Source of the DNA: an uncultured virus (IMG/VR IMGVR_UViG_3300009183_000053)
Lineage: Duplodnaviria > Heunggongvirae > Uroviricota > Caudoviricetes
DNA: 64,000 bases
IMG/VR virus record: IMGVR_UViG_3300009183_000053
Reading direction: 5' to 3' (one strand)
The translations under genes and the position numbers were made by a program. A model generated the notes under the pieces. It was given only the letters and a program-made list of their open reading frames with translations, had not been told where the DNA came from and ran no database searches. Of the stretch, positions 23,802 through 33,233 are shown one piece after another (the stretch's first letter is position 1; each line of letters opens with the position of its first letter).

Positions 23802-24479
23802 TTATTCTCCAAACGATAGGTCAGACTCTTTTGCTTCAATAGCAATCCAGTATTCCATATCTTCTTTAGTATTTTTAAAGTATGACAAACCTTTAGATGA
23901 GATTTGTACCTCATAAGAACCAGAAATCATTTTAAAGTTCTCTGTCAAAAACAAAGCCTTAAACTTCTTACCATTACCATCAGCAATTTCTGTTGAGTCG
24001 GTATGTGCAGAATTATCTTTTGCATCACAGGTTGTGATAGAAATCTTTTCACCATCAGACATGATAGCAATGTTAGGTGATTGTAGGATGCTTGCGGTCT
24101 TTAGAATAGAAGCAAGTTCTTCTTCTTTCAATGTAAAAGACACATCAATAGAAGGCAACGTCAATTCTTTATCTGGCGGAGTTACAATCATACTCTTTGC
24201 AGTTTTGCGGTAATTTAGTTTCTTACGACCAACTTTGAAGATAACATGTTTGTCATCAAAATCAATCTCGCCGTCTTTGTACAATGATTGTACAGATAGG
24301 AACTGGTTCAAATCATAGATACAGAAGTCCTGTGGGAACTCATCTTTAACTCCGGCCTTGGCCAGTACAGTCTTTGTTGCGGAAATGGTTGTCAATTTCT
24401 TACCTGTCTTAAACTCAATGCCAGGATTAATGTTGGCAAAGTTTTTAAGAACCGTTAAGGTCTCATTAGATAATTTCAT
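23802..24479 (-). CDS. gp45: Sliding clamp
   Basis: MKLSNETLTVLKNFANIN and IYDLNQFL. Confidence 0.95.
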   Translation of the reverse strand: MKLSNETLTVLKNFANINPGIEFKTGKKLTTISATKTVLAKAGVKDEFPQDFCIYDLNQFLSVQSLYKDGEIDFDDKHVIFKVGRKKLNYRKTAKSMIVTPPDKELTLPSIDVSFTLKEEELASILKTASILQSPNIAIMSDGEKISITTCDAKDNSAHTDSTEIADGNGKKFKALFLTENFKMISGSYEVQISSKGLSYFKNTKEDMEYWIAIEAKESDLSFGE

Positions 24480-25141
24480 TACGATACTCCTTGTTTCAAT
24501 TCACTCATTATACTTGGTCCGTAAGAGGTTGTCAAGCATTTAATCATATTAACTTTCAAATCTTCTAAGGATTTGGTATTGTCAATTTGATGGTCGATGT
24601 AACCACCAATCCAACGCCACTCAGATTCATGTACACCAGATTGTTTCAACATAAAGTCTTCCGCTTTCCAGTCACCACGATTTGCTTTGGAAGCAATTTC
24701 ATACCAATGTGGTGTAACACCACGTTGTATCTCAATTAAGATACCATTTTGTTTATGTACGAAATCAATTTCATTTTGAAAACGTACATCAGTTATTACA
24801 TAGTTTTGGTCTGGATTTTTCTGCATATAGTTTTTGAGTTTAATTACCCAAAAGTCTTGGTGAAATACATCACGACCAACTTCTGTACCCATTAACTGTA
24901 ATGCAAGTCTTGGTGTAAATTCACGGCCAAATTCGGTTGTCCAAAATTTATCCGGTTGTTCACGCCATTGTCTAGACTGTTCGGTATCACCCTCTAACAA
25001 ATGCCGAGGCCAACCAAACATTTCTGCGGCAACATCTTTAACACCTTTGGCAAAACTCACAGGAGTAAAACCAAGGTCTTTAAGTATGTCGCCAGCAGTA
25101 CCTTTACCTGAACCAATGAATCCAAGTAACCCAACAAGCAT
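24479..25141 (-). CDS. Deoxynucleoside monophosphate kinase
   Basis: GFIGSGKGT, PRLALQLMGTE, TDVRF and HESE. Confidence 0.9.
   Translation of the reverse strand: MLVGLLGFIGSGKGTAGDILKDLGFTPVSFAKGVKDVAAEMFGWPRHLLEGDTEQSRQWREQPDKFWTTEFGREFTPRLALQLMGTEVGRDVFHQDFWVIKLKNYMQKNPDQNYVITDVRFQNEIDFVHKQNGILIEIQRGVTPHWYEIASKANRGDWKAEDFMLKQSGVHESEWRWIGGYIDHQIDNTKSLEDLKVNMIKCLTTSYGPSIMSELKQGVS
24507..24535 (-). promoter_or_regulatory. Consensus sigma70 promoter inside the kinase 3' end, serving gp45
   Basis: TTGACA-N17-TATAAT. Confidence 0.75.
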
Positions 25142-25959
25142 TACATTTCTCCAACGTAATTCGCAACAGCTGGCATATCACCTTTAAAGTGGTACGTACC
25201 AATGTGGTCTGCTCGCATCCAAGGACACAACCAAATAGAACCACCAATTTTACGCCACAGTTGACAGAACATGTAGTCTTCTGACAAGTAACGGTCTGAA
25301 CCACCACCAGTTGGAGAATCTATAGTATCAATCAATGTATCAAAGTAAGCATGGATGTATCGTGAACCGTCAAAGTTGGCTTGGCCAACATGGTCTGGTT
25401 TATAACGCAAATGTGGAAATGCTTCTGCAAATTTAGGAAACACTTCACGTTTAACCATCATAAAACCGGTACCAATTTCCAAAACTTCTAATGGATCGGA
25501 AACACTAAATTTGTCTGTGCCTTTTACGGGATTAAAAACATAATCGCCAGTAACTTTTTCTAAGTCACTTGCTTCCATGGCTGGATTTTTAGTCAAAGCT
25601 TTCTTAACAGATGACCATTTGATGGCCTTCTTAGGATAAGGACCACCAATAACATCTTTATCTAGTGCCAATAAAGCAATAACATCTTGTGGATTAAAGT
25701 GTACGTCAGCATCAATAAACAACATGTGCGTACAATCAGAACGATGCAGGAATTCATCAACAAGATAATTTCTAGCACGGGTAATTAAAGACTCATTGAA
25801 AAGAAATGAAAATTTCACTTGCACACCATACTGCATACAGATGGCTTGTAAATCGAGACATGCTTTGGCATAGAGTCCATGATTCATTCCGCCGTACATT
25901 GGTGTCGCAACGAAAATACTTTTCTTTGCTAATTCTTCTTTTTTAATTGAAATTTCCAT
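25141..25959 (-). CDS. GT-A-fold glycosyltransferase-like protein
   Basis: ESLITRARN, FIDAD, GTGFM and SEDYMFC. Confidence 0.75.
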   Translation of the reverse strand: MEISIKKEELAKKSIFVATPMYGGMNHGLYAKACLDLQAICMQYGVQVKFSFLFNESLITRARNYLVDEFLHRSDCTHMLFIDADVHFNPQDVIALLALDKDVIGGPYPKKAIKWSSVKKALTKNPAMEASDLEKVTGDYVFNPVKGTDKFSVSDPLEVLEIGTGFMMVKREVFPKFAEAFPHLRYKPDHVGQANFDGSRYIHAYFDTLIDTIDSPTGGGSDRYLSEDYMFCQLWRKIGGSIWLCPWMRADHIGTYHFKGDMPAVANYVGEM

Positions 25960-25975
25960 TTACTCTCCAAAAATA

Positions 25976-26010
25976 AAAAAAAAGGGAGTACCACATCAAG
26001 TGGTCTCCCC
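25976..26010 (-). terminator. Intrinsic terminator
   Basis: GGGAGACCAC...GTGGTACTCCC followed by T8. Confidence 0.75.
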
Positions 26011-26022
26011 ATATTCACCTAA

Positions 26023-26292
26023 TTAGGCGTTGAAGCTGTAACCTGCATTGATAGCGGTACGAACCATAGACTTGGTTGGTTTGCCCATGCGGTAAACAGC
26101 AACCTTACTACCATCACCACGGGATTTGGTGTTAGTGTAGATGACATGGCCTTCTTGGCGCAATTCATCAATACGTGCGGAAACGTTTTGGATTCCGAAA
26201 CGAGCACGAGCCTGTGCTGTGGAGAGAGTGTTATAACCCTCAGTCTTGCTCAAAAAGTTGAGGATGCGGGTTTTTGCGGATAGTTTAGTCAA
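26023..26292 (-). CDS. Small winged-HTH protein
   Basis: ARFGIQNVSARIDELRQEGHVI. TTG start after AGGAGA, with its own promoter and terminator. Confidence 0.75.
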   Translation of the reverse strand: MTKLSAKTRILNFLSKTEGYNTLSTAQARARFGIQNVSARIDELRQEGHVIYTNTKSRGDGSKVAVYRMGKPTKSMVRTAINAGYSFNA

Positions 26293-26347
26293 GATAAATC
26301 TCCTAATGACAAAGTTAAACAAAGTACTTGCGTGTGCAAGAATTTAC

Positions 26348-26376
26348 ATTATACTACTACTTAGTGTGTGTGTCAA
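26348..26376 (-). promoter_or_regulatory. Sigma70 promoter
   Basis: TTGACA-N17-TATAAT. Confidence 0.8.
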
Positions 26377-26397
26377 GTATATTTGCGGTATACTTTT

Positions 26398-27663
26398 TTA
26401 TCTGCCAACTTGTGGCAAATATTTGGTCTTGGTTTCTTCCCAAGACAAGTATATCAAGTCATCATAGAACAATGATTCATAAGATACATTATTCTTTTTC
26501 TTCAACATTGATATACGACCTTTGGCATATTTGGTTTTCCAAATTTGCACCAAGGCTTCTTCACTGGTATCAAATGATTTGACCAGTTGTTCATCACCAA
26601 TTTCTTTCCTAAGATATTCATTGGTGTTGTTGTATAGAGGAGAGAAGTAAATTCCCCTCTGATGTTCGGTACGGATAAGTTCTTTTGGAATACCTAACTT
26701 ACCATACGCAAAATTTAGTGTACGATTTTTATGGTCACGTTTCAAAGGAAGACCTTTTAGATTCTTGGCTTCCCACCATTCAAAATATTTTCGTGTATAG
26801 TTTTCTTTTACCCAGTTATAAATCAACGCTCTAGTTTTTCTGGATGGTTCAAAGGCAACCGACCCACTGGAGAAACCCATTTTGTTCCAGTGATCCAGAC
26901 CATCGTACTGAGATAAACCACCAGACTTAGTATTGCCATAGAGAGAAGTAGTAGTGACGCCAACGAGAACATCATCATATTGTCTTTTCCAATCTTTTTG
27001 TACTGTATCAGCAAGACACAATAGTGCCAACAACTTACCACCCATGTAATTGAAACCAAGTGGTTGTAACGGAACAATTGTAGAACCAATGGCAGTGTGA
27101 TTAATCATACCTTGTTGAGTCTTAACATCTCTAGGCCAACCGATTGCGGTGTCTCTTGGAGTCAAGTCCAAGAAGTCGGATGATATACACATAACACCAA
27201 GATACTTATCGGTGTTTTCATCAACCACGGTGTAATAAAGATTACGACCAATGTTAGAGTTGTTCTTCATTGTAGAAGAAAATGTACGTACTGTATTCCA
27301 AGTTTCTGCCAAAGGTCCATTTGATAGTACTAGTCTTGGTTTTAATTTTTCATAATCATCTGGACCTTCTGGCATCCAAAAGTTTTTCTTAACCTTTTCA
27401 ACCAGTTTCTTTTGTGTAACATCTATCAATTGTATATCTTCACCAAACAAGGTGCCGATGTTTCTGGTAGGATACTTCTCATGTACTTCTAACCATTTTT
27501 GATATAAGGTATACTCACGTACATCCATCTGTGAGGCATACGTAAGGTCCTTAATCAATATTTCTTTCAGCTGCTCGGTATCAATGTGTTCAAAACGTTC
27601 AGGTTCATTTAGTACCTGCCATTTTTCCCACTGAGCATCAACATAATCTATAGGTGTGGCCAT
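26398..27663 (-). CDS. DUF4338/DruA-like protein (paralog 2)
   Basis: VPLQPLGFNYMGGKLLA and TTSLYG...SQYDG. Confidence 0.65.
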   Translation of the reverse strand: MATPIDYVDAQWEKWQVLNEPERFEHIDTEQLKEILIKDLTYASQMDVREYTLYQKWLEVHEKYPTRNIGTLFGEDIQLIDVTQKKLVEKVKKNFWMPEGPDDYEKLKPRLVLSNGPLAETWNTVRTFSSTMKNNSNIGRNLYYTVVDENTDKYLGVMCISSDFLDLTPRDTAIGWPRDVKTQQGMINHTAIGSTIVPLQPLGFNYMGGKLLALLCLADTVQKDWKRQYDDVLVGVTTTSLYGNTKSGGLSQYDGLDHWNKMGFSSGSVAFEPSRKTRALIYNWVKENYTRKYFEWWEAKNLKGLPLKRDHKNRTLNFAYGKLGIPKELIRTEHQRGIYFSPLYNNTNEYLRKEIGDEQLVKSFDTSEEALVQIWKTKYAKGRISMLKKKNNVSYESLFYDDLIYLSWEETKTKYLPQVGR

Positions 27664-28268
27664 TAAGTTCTTTGTGCGAGTTGATTCATTTTCTTAGGAT
27701 TAAAATACTTGCGTCTAATTTTTTCTAGTCTTTTTAAACCATACTGTAACGCAAGTGGTTTTACACGGCTAGTATACACTATTCCGTTCATGTGGTCAAG
27801 CTCATGGAGAAAACATCTTGCAGATATACCATTAAAAGTTTTGGTACGTTTTTCACCATTGTAATCCTGGTACTCCACTTCCACGGTTTCTGGTCTAGTG
27901 ATGTGTAAATTTAGGAAAGGGAATGAAAGGCATCCTTCTTCCATGTGTTTTTCTCCACTTGAGGAAAGTATTTTCGGATTAAAGTATGCCACATATTCTT
28001 CGCCGGCACCCATAACAAAAACACGGTATTCGAAACCACATTGGTTGGCAGATAAACCAATACCATTTTGTTTCTTGCAAGTTTCTACCAATGTTGATGC
28101 AAAACTATTTGCATTGATTGGTGCATTTTCAAAATCAAACTCTGGTAAAACTTTGTACAGAGCTGGATGGTCTGGTGGTACCAAATCAAATGTTTCAACT
28201 TGTGTTGCTGTTGGTTTAATCTTAACCGCTTCTACTGTGTCGTATAAGACAATATCTTCTGTACTCAT
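27663..28268 (-). CDS. def: Peptide deformylase
   Basis: GIGLSANQ, EGCLS and HELDH. Confidence 0.95.
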   Translation of the reverse strand: MSTEDIVLYDTVEAVKIKPTATQVETFDLVPPDHPALYKVLPEFDFENAPINANSFASTLVETCKKQNGIGLSANQCGFEYRVFVMGAGEEYVAYFNPKILSSSGEKHMEEGCLSFPFLNLHITRPETVEVEYQDYNGEKRTKTFNGISARCFLHELDHMNGIVYTSRVKPLALQYGLKRLEKIRRKYFNPKKMNQLAQRT

Positions 28269-29983
28269 TTTGCAATCCTTGAAAAATTATTTTTCTTTTC
28301 AAATTTAATGACCGAACGGAACTTATCGAACAGTTGGTCGCCTTTATGTGAGATAACAAATACGTTTGTATCTGCACCCATTTCATGTATCAACTTTAGA
28401 AATTCTTCAGTGCCTACGGTGTCGAGGCTGGAATCAAACACTTCATCAAGTATCAACAAATTTGTATTGGTACTATTCTTTAGTTTGGCAATTTGTCGCC
28501 AAGTAAATAATAATGCCAAATCAATACGCATCTTTTCACCTTCTGAAAAATTAGCATAAGAGAAATCATCACGGTGTCTACTCTTAATTGTTTCTTCAAA
28601 GTTTTCATTGATGTTAAAGTTAACAAAAAAGTCCATGGCTTTCAGGTACTTGTTAATTAACTTGTTCATAATTGGTAAGTATTGTTTGATGATCCGTGTC
28701 TTAATGCCACCATCTTTCAACAAAGTACCTGCAAATTCATGGTAATGTTTTTCTATCAAACAAGATTCATAACCTTTTTTATAATCATTTAATGCAACAT
28801 TTAATTCGATTAATTTTTGGTCACCACCCTCTGTACCAGTTTGTTTATTAGTCAACTCATCAATCTCATTATTCAACTTAGATATGTAATTGCTTATTGC
28901 CGATATAGTAGAAGTGTGTTTAATAATTTCACCACTATGTTCACTAATGTGTGTAATGATATCTGTAATAGATTTCATTTCAGTAGTTACCTTGTTTAAC
29001 TCCTGTTCAATCTCAAACAATCCAGTTTTTTGTGTAAGTATTTTCTCTGACTTTTCTTGTACTTGTGAATCTTTCCATTCGGGTGTGATGGATTGTTTAC
29101 AAGTCGGACAATCGTGGTTGTTTTCATAGAAGTCAATCTCCTTTTGATTTCGGCCAATATTAGTTTGTACTTTACCTTTGATTTGAAATAAACTTTTGGA
29201 TTTTTTATCCAATTTATCTTTCTTATCACCAACTTTATTTTGTAATACCGCAATGTGTTTGTTAATCAATACAACGTCATTCTGTAATGTACTCATTTGT
29301 ATTTTTGATTTTTCAATTTCTTCAATCTTGCGTTTGATATCCGCATCGTGGTTTTTTTTATGTTCCTCAATGTTTTGTTTCTGTAAGGTTATCTTTTCTT
29401 CCGTAAGAGAGATGGCATACTTTGATTTATTTAATTCTTCTTTGATGGCAGAATTCTTTTCTTTAATCACATTGTTCATTGAGGAAAAGATTTGAATGTC
29501 TAATAGGTCCTCAATGATTGCTCTGCGGTCTGATGCCGACAATTGCATGAACGGAACAAAGGATGCTGAACCAAGAATGACAACCTGCGTAAAAGACTTG
29601 TAATTTAATTTGAGAATATTATTCTCTAGTATCTCTTGATAGTCTTTTGCAGCTGCATCTTGGTTCAGCAATACATCGTTCAGGTATATCTCAAATACAT
29701 TCGGTTTAATACCACGAATAATCTTATATTTCTTTTGGCCAATATTGAAATGCACTTCAACAACAGCCTCTTTGCCGTTGACAGAATTTAGTAACTGTGG
29801 TTTATTAATTTTACGAAAAGGTTTACCAAATAAACCAAAACATAATGCATCAAGTATTGTGGATTTACCTGCACCATTGTGGCCAATAATTAATGTATTG
29901 TTAGACTTGGTAAAATCAATCTCAGTAAAATGGGCTCCAGTGGAAAGAAAATTCTTCCACTTAATTTTTTGAAATAAAATCAT
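28265..29983 (-). CDS. gp46: Recombination endonuclease ATPase subunit (SbcC-like)
   Basis: GHNGAGKS, CPTC hook, FSEGE and ILDEVFD. Confidence 0.96.
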   Translation of the reverse strand: MILFQKIKWKNFLSTGAHFTEIDFTKSNNTLIIGHNGAGKSTILDALCFGLFGKPFRKINKPQLLNSVNGKEAVVEVHFNIGQKKYKIIRGIKPNVFEIYLNDVLLNQDAAAKDYQEILENNILKLNYKSFTQVVILGSASFVPFMQLSASDRRAIIEDLLDIQIFSSMNNVIKEKNSAIKEELNKSKYAISLTEEKITLQKQNIEEHKKNHDADIKRKIEEIEKSKIQMSTLQNDVVLINKHIAVLQNKVGDKKDKLDKKSKSLFQIKGKVQTNIGRNQKEIDFYENNHDCPTCKQSITPEWKDSQVQEKSEKILTQKTGLFEIEQELNKVTTEMKSITDIITHISEHSGEIIKHTSTISAISNYISKLNNEIDELTNKQTGTEGGDQKLIELNVALNDYKKGYESCLIEKHYHEFAGTLLKDGGIKTRIIKQYLPIMNKLINKYLKAMDFFVNFNINENFEETIKSRHRDDFSYANFSEGEKMRIDLALLFTWRQIAKLKNSTNTNLLILDEVFDSSLDTVGTEEFLKLIHEMGADTNVFVISHKGDQLFDKFRSVIKFEKKNNFSRIAK

Positions 29984-31050
29984 GCTTGTTCAGTATTCAG
30001 TGCCTCTACGTAGAGTTCTTTCAATAATGTTTTTAACCTGTCGTTGTCAATACTTTCTTCCGTAATGCCATCAACATACTTGTTTAATATAGTGATTGTA
30101 TCTTCAGCTTCATCAATTACTTCATCACCATCTTCCAATTCTGTAATATCTTCAGCAATTGTAATGTCTGCTGGGTTTACATTATACAGGTTATTCATGA
30201 ATTTGTCAAACAAATATGGATTATTTTTATTGATTACAACCACTTTGACATAGGTATTCGTATATGGTTTTAAATCTTTGCCGTCAATTTCTTTGATTGA
30301 TTGTTCTTTATCATCATAAATGATGCGATGAAACATCTTGTTTGGATTTTCTATGAATTCAAGTTGGTGAGTATCCAAATCAAACAAGTGAAAACCCCGA
30401 CTGTCATTATAATCTTGCCAAGTAAGTTCGTACGGATTTCCCAAATAGTAGATATCATCACTAGAAGATTTGTGATGGTAATGACCACTAAAAGTGTAAT
30501 TAAACTTGCTAAAAACATTTCTGTCTAACCCTCCTTCAGATGGCATACCACGATACATGGCAAAACCAGCAATTTCAAAATGACCCATACAAAACTTTGC
30601 ATCGGTGTCTTTTAATGTCTTTAAAGAATCTTCATAATTCTCTGGACATATCCAAGGCATCATACAAATCTTATGTGGTCCAACATATATTTCGGTTGGA
30701 TGGTCAATAACATTTAAGGTGATACCATATTCACCTAACAATAAATCTGCTGAGTTAACATCGTTGGTGTTCTTAAAATAAGTATCATGATTACCAGCCA
30801 ACATGTGAACTTGAATACCCATTTCAAACAATGGGTCAAAGAACATTTGCTTTGCACGTTTCAGTGAAAAGAAATTGATATACTTTCTACGGTCAAATGT
30901 ATCGCCAAGAATAAGTACAGTATCAATCTTTTCTTTTATCAAGGTGGGAAAGAACGTGTCCTTATAAAACTTCTCATAGAAGTCTAAAAAAAGTGTTGAG
31001 TCATTTCTGGCACCAAAATGTTGGTCTGTAATTATTGCTACTTTTGACAT
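29980..31050 (-). CDS. gp47: Recombination endonuclease nuclease subunit (SbcD-like)
   Basis: TDQHFG, GDTFD, GNHD and SGHYH. Confidence 0.96.
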   Translation of the reverse strand: MSKVAIITDQHFGARNDSTLFLDFYEKFYKDTFFPTLIKEKIDTVLILGDTFDRRKYINFFSLKRAKQMFFDPLFEMGIQVHMLAGNHDTYFKNTNDVNSADLLLGEYGITLNVIDHPTEIYVGPHKICMMPWICPENYEDSLKTLKDTDAKFCMGHFEIAGFAMYRGMPSEGGLDRNVFSKFNYTFSGHYHHKSSSDDIYYLGNPYELTWQDYNDSRGFHLFDLDTHQLEFIENPNKMFHRIIYDDKEQSIKEIDGKDLKPYTNTYVKVVVINKNNPYLFDKFMNNLYNVNPADITIAEDITELEDGDEVIDEAEDTITILNKYVDGITEESIDNDRLKTLLKELYVEALNTEQA

Positions 31051-31499
31051 TCATCATATTCCACGTTTAATTTTTTCAATCTTTCAACCTCAGCATTATA
31101 TACTCTTTGTCTCAATTTAGAACTACTGTATGGATGTTGTCTATCATGGAAAAACAATTCTATACCGTTATCAAGACAATACTGTTTTGCGGTAAAAGGT
31201 TTTGATTTGTATTCATCACCTAAAAATCGTATATGAATAGTTTGTGTTTTGAAAATGTTTTCCAAATCTTCTTCCGTTTCATACACCAATACTTCATCAA
31301 CATATTTGCATCCAGACACTTGAACAAACCTTTCATACAAAGACTGTACTGGTTTGTTTTTACTATCTGGCCTATCAATAGTTGGATCGGATTGCACTGC
31401 AACAATCAAATGGTCACAATGTTGTTTTTCAATTTTTAACATTGTGACATGTCCCGCATGAAATAAATCCAACGTACTACAATTAAAACCAATCTTCAT
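31038..31499 (-). CDS. Cytidylyltransferase (TagD-like)
   Basis: DLFHAGH (HxGH) and YSSSKLR. Start moved to 31499. Confidence 0.88.
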   Translation of the reverse strand: MKIGFNCSTLDLFHAGHVTMLKIEKQHCDHLIVAVQSDPTIDRPDSKNKPVQSLYERFVQVSGCKYVDEVLVYETEEDLENIFKTQTIHIRFLGDEYKSKPFTAKQYCLDNGIELFFHDRQHPYSSSKLRQRVYNAEVERLKKLNVEYDECQK

Positions 31500-31503
31500 T
31501 ATA

Positions 31504-32049
31504 TCACTCCTCAATAAATTTTTCAAGCCCTTTTGGTTTCTTTGCCGCATCTTTTTCGGCTTTCTTTGCTTTTCTGGCATCCTCATATGTTCCGATAAAC
31601 TCGGCAATGTTGTCATATAGTTCAAATTGTTTGGTACTACCATCTTCACCTTCCAACATTTCAAACTCATCCAGAATACCATACATCTCTGTGGCTTTAT
31701 ACTTCACATACAACTGTTTCTTTTCTTTCTGTATGCGTCTTAGAAAGGCAAAGTAAATGATTTGAGTGAAGTATGCAAATGGATTGGAAGACTTTGTTGG
31801 ATCAAAGTTTGCAAAGTACATTAAACAATTCTCAATACCATCCGAAACCATTTCATCTCGGTACGTGTAGTTAATGAAGTTTGGTTTATGTGACAGACCT
31901 TCGGCAATTTTCATCCAGCATTCACCAATGTAATTTGGAATGTTTGGATTTGGTTTACCTGCGGCCTCGGCCTCTACGCATCTGGTCTTGTAATCGACAA
32001 GTGCCTTTAAGAAGTCTGCATTGTTTATATAATGTTTTTGTTTACTCAT
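31504..32049 (-). CDS. gp55: Late sigma factor
   Basis: HYINNADF, NFINYTYRDEM and NPFAYFTQI. Confidence 0.96.
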   Translation of the reverse strand: MSKQKHYINNADFLKALVDYKTRCVEAEAAGKPNPNIPNYIGECWMKIAEGLSHKPNFINYTYRDEMVSDGIENCLMYFANFDPTKSSNPFAYFTQIIYFAFLRRIQKEKKQLYVKYKATEMYGILDEFEMLEGEDGSTKQFELYDNIAEFIGTYEDARKAKKAEKDAAKKPKGLEKFIEE

Positions 32050-32810
32050 AATATATCACTTAGTTCCTTTAAATTGTTTATAAAAAATTGTTTGTCATTG
32101 AATTCAACCTTTAACTTGTCTGTATTCTTTTGTTTAAATTTGTTCCAATCATTTTCCCATACCTTTACGATATGATAACCATTTTCTTGTATGCATTTTA
32201 AACGTGCAGCATCCTTTTGCCATTTAGATTCGGCTGTTCCGCCAAGTAATTTTTGGTCACTAACATAAAACTCAGGATTGGCATGAAAGTAATCTCCAAA
32301 AAATTCTACCACAAAGTTGTCTTTCAAACCGTCAACAAAATATTTACCTATTTTGACTTCACGATGATTTCTATCATTTGGTATATCTAAGTAATCTAAA
32401 CAAGCATCTGAATTGTTACTCTTTCTATTGCCTTTGAGATTGAGATTACCTAAATTAGGCATTTGAATGTTCAATGCTTCATATGTTCTAATGTAGGCTT
32501 GTTTCGACAAATCAACTCGTAACCAAGTTCCCTTGTAATTGTTTTCTTGCCTAACATCATTAACAATTTGTTTGTATACCAGATGGTTTGGATGATTAGG
32601 GTGTGAAATGCCTGTCAGTTTACCATTAACTGAAAGTCTCAATCCATTTACCAAAGATTGGTTGATTGTTTTACCAGACCTTGAGATTGGATGTCTTTTG
32701 GTACCATCTACAGCCAACCAACCTGAACCAGCAAGAACGAATTCTGTGTAGTGCAAGGTCTGGCCAGTATAATGGCAGGTATAATATTCTCTGGGAAGTT
32801 GTTTACTCAT
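32046..32810 (-). CDS. Free-standing Vsr/Hef-like endonuclease
   Basis: YFVDG...VVEFFGDYFHANP...KD...VWENDW. Confidence 0.7.
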   Translation of the reverse strand: MSKQLPREYYTCHYTGQTLHYTEFVLAGSGWLAVDGTKRHPISRSGKTINQSLVNGLRLSVNGKLTGISHPNHPNHLVYKQIVNDVRQENNYKGTWLRVDLSKQAYIRTYEALNIQMPNLGNLNLKGNRKSNNSDACLDYLDIPNDRNHREVKIGKYFVDGLKDNFVVEFFGDYFHANPEFYVSDQKLLGGTAESKWQKDAARLKCIQENGYHIVKVWENDWNKFKQKNTDKLKVEFNDKQFFINNLKELSDIL

Positions 32811-32832
32811 TCAAATGTACCATAAAAAGTTG

Positions 32833-32861
32833 TTGACAAGGGGCTTGACATGTGATATAGT
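32833..32861 (+). promoter_or_regulatory. Antisense-oriented sigma70 promoter
   Basis: TTGACA-N17-TATAGT with TG extended -10. Confidence 0.6.
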
Positions 32862-32882
32862 CCTCGGTGTTCCCCTATGATG

Positions 32883-33233
32883 TTAATGTATTAAGGATTT
32901 ACCAATTTCCTTTTCTTCGAAAGCAGCTAGTACCTCATCGTTGAGTTCCACTTCTCTTTCTTTCCTCTCAGAGTCTTTCAACTTGGTGATAGCTGATGAA
33001 TAATATTCTTCAAAATCATCGGTTGGATCCATTGTGCATAGTATGTTATCTATGCCAACCTCAACAGACTCACCTTTCATTACGAACACCGGTAACCAGT
33101 GTTGTAACATAAGGTTTGTTCCTCTGAGTTCAAACAACATGGGATTGTCAATCACCAATTTGTTATTTTTCTCAAAAATGCAGTCACAGATTACATCTAG
33201 ACCGTCTTTAAATCGTAAAATTTTAACTGCCAT
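32883..33233 (-). CDS. Hypothetical protein downstream of uvsW
   Basis: 116 aa, overlapping the end of uvsW. Confidence 0.7.
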   Translation of the reverse strand: MAVKILRFKDGLDVICDCIFEKNNKLVIDNPMLFELRGTNLMLQHWLPVFVMKGESVEVGIDNILCTMDPTDDFEEYYSSAITKLKDSERKEREVELNDEVLAAFEEKEIGKSLIH

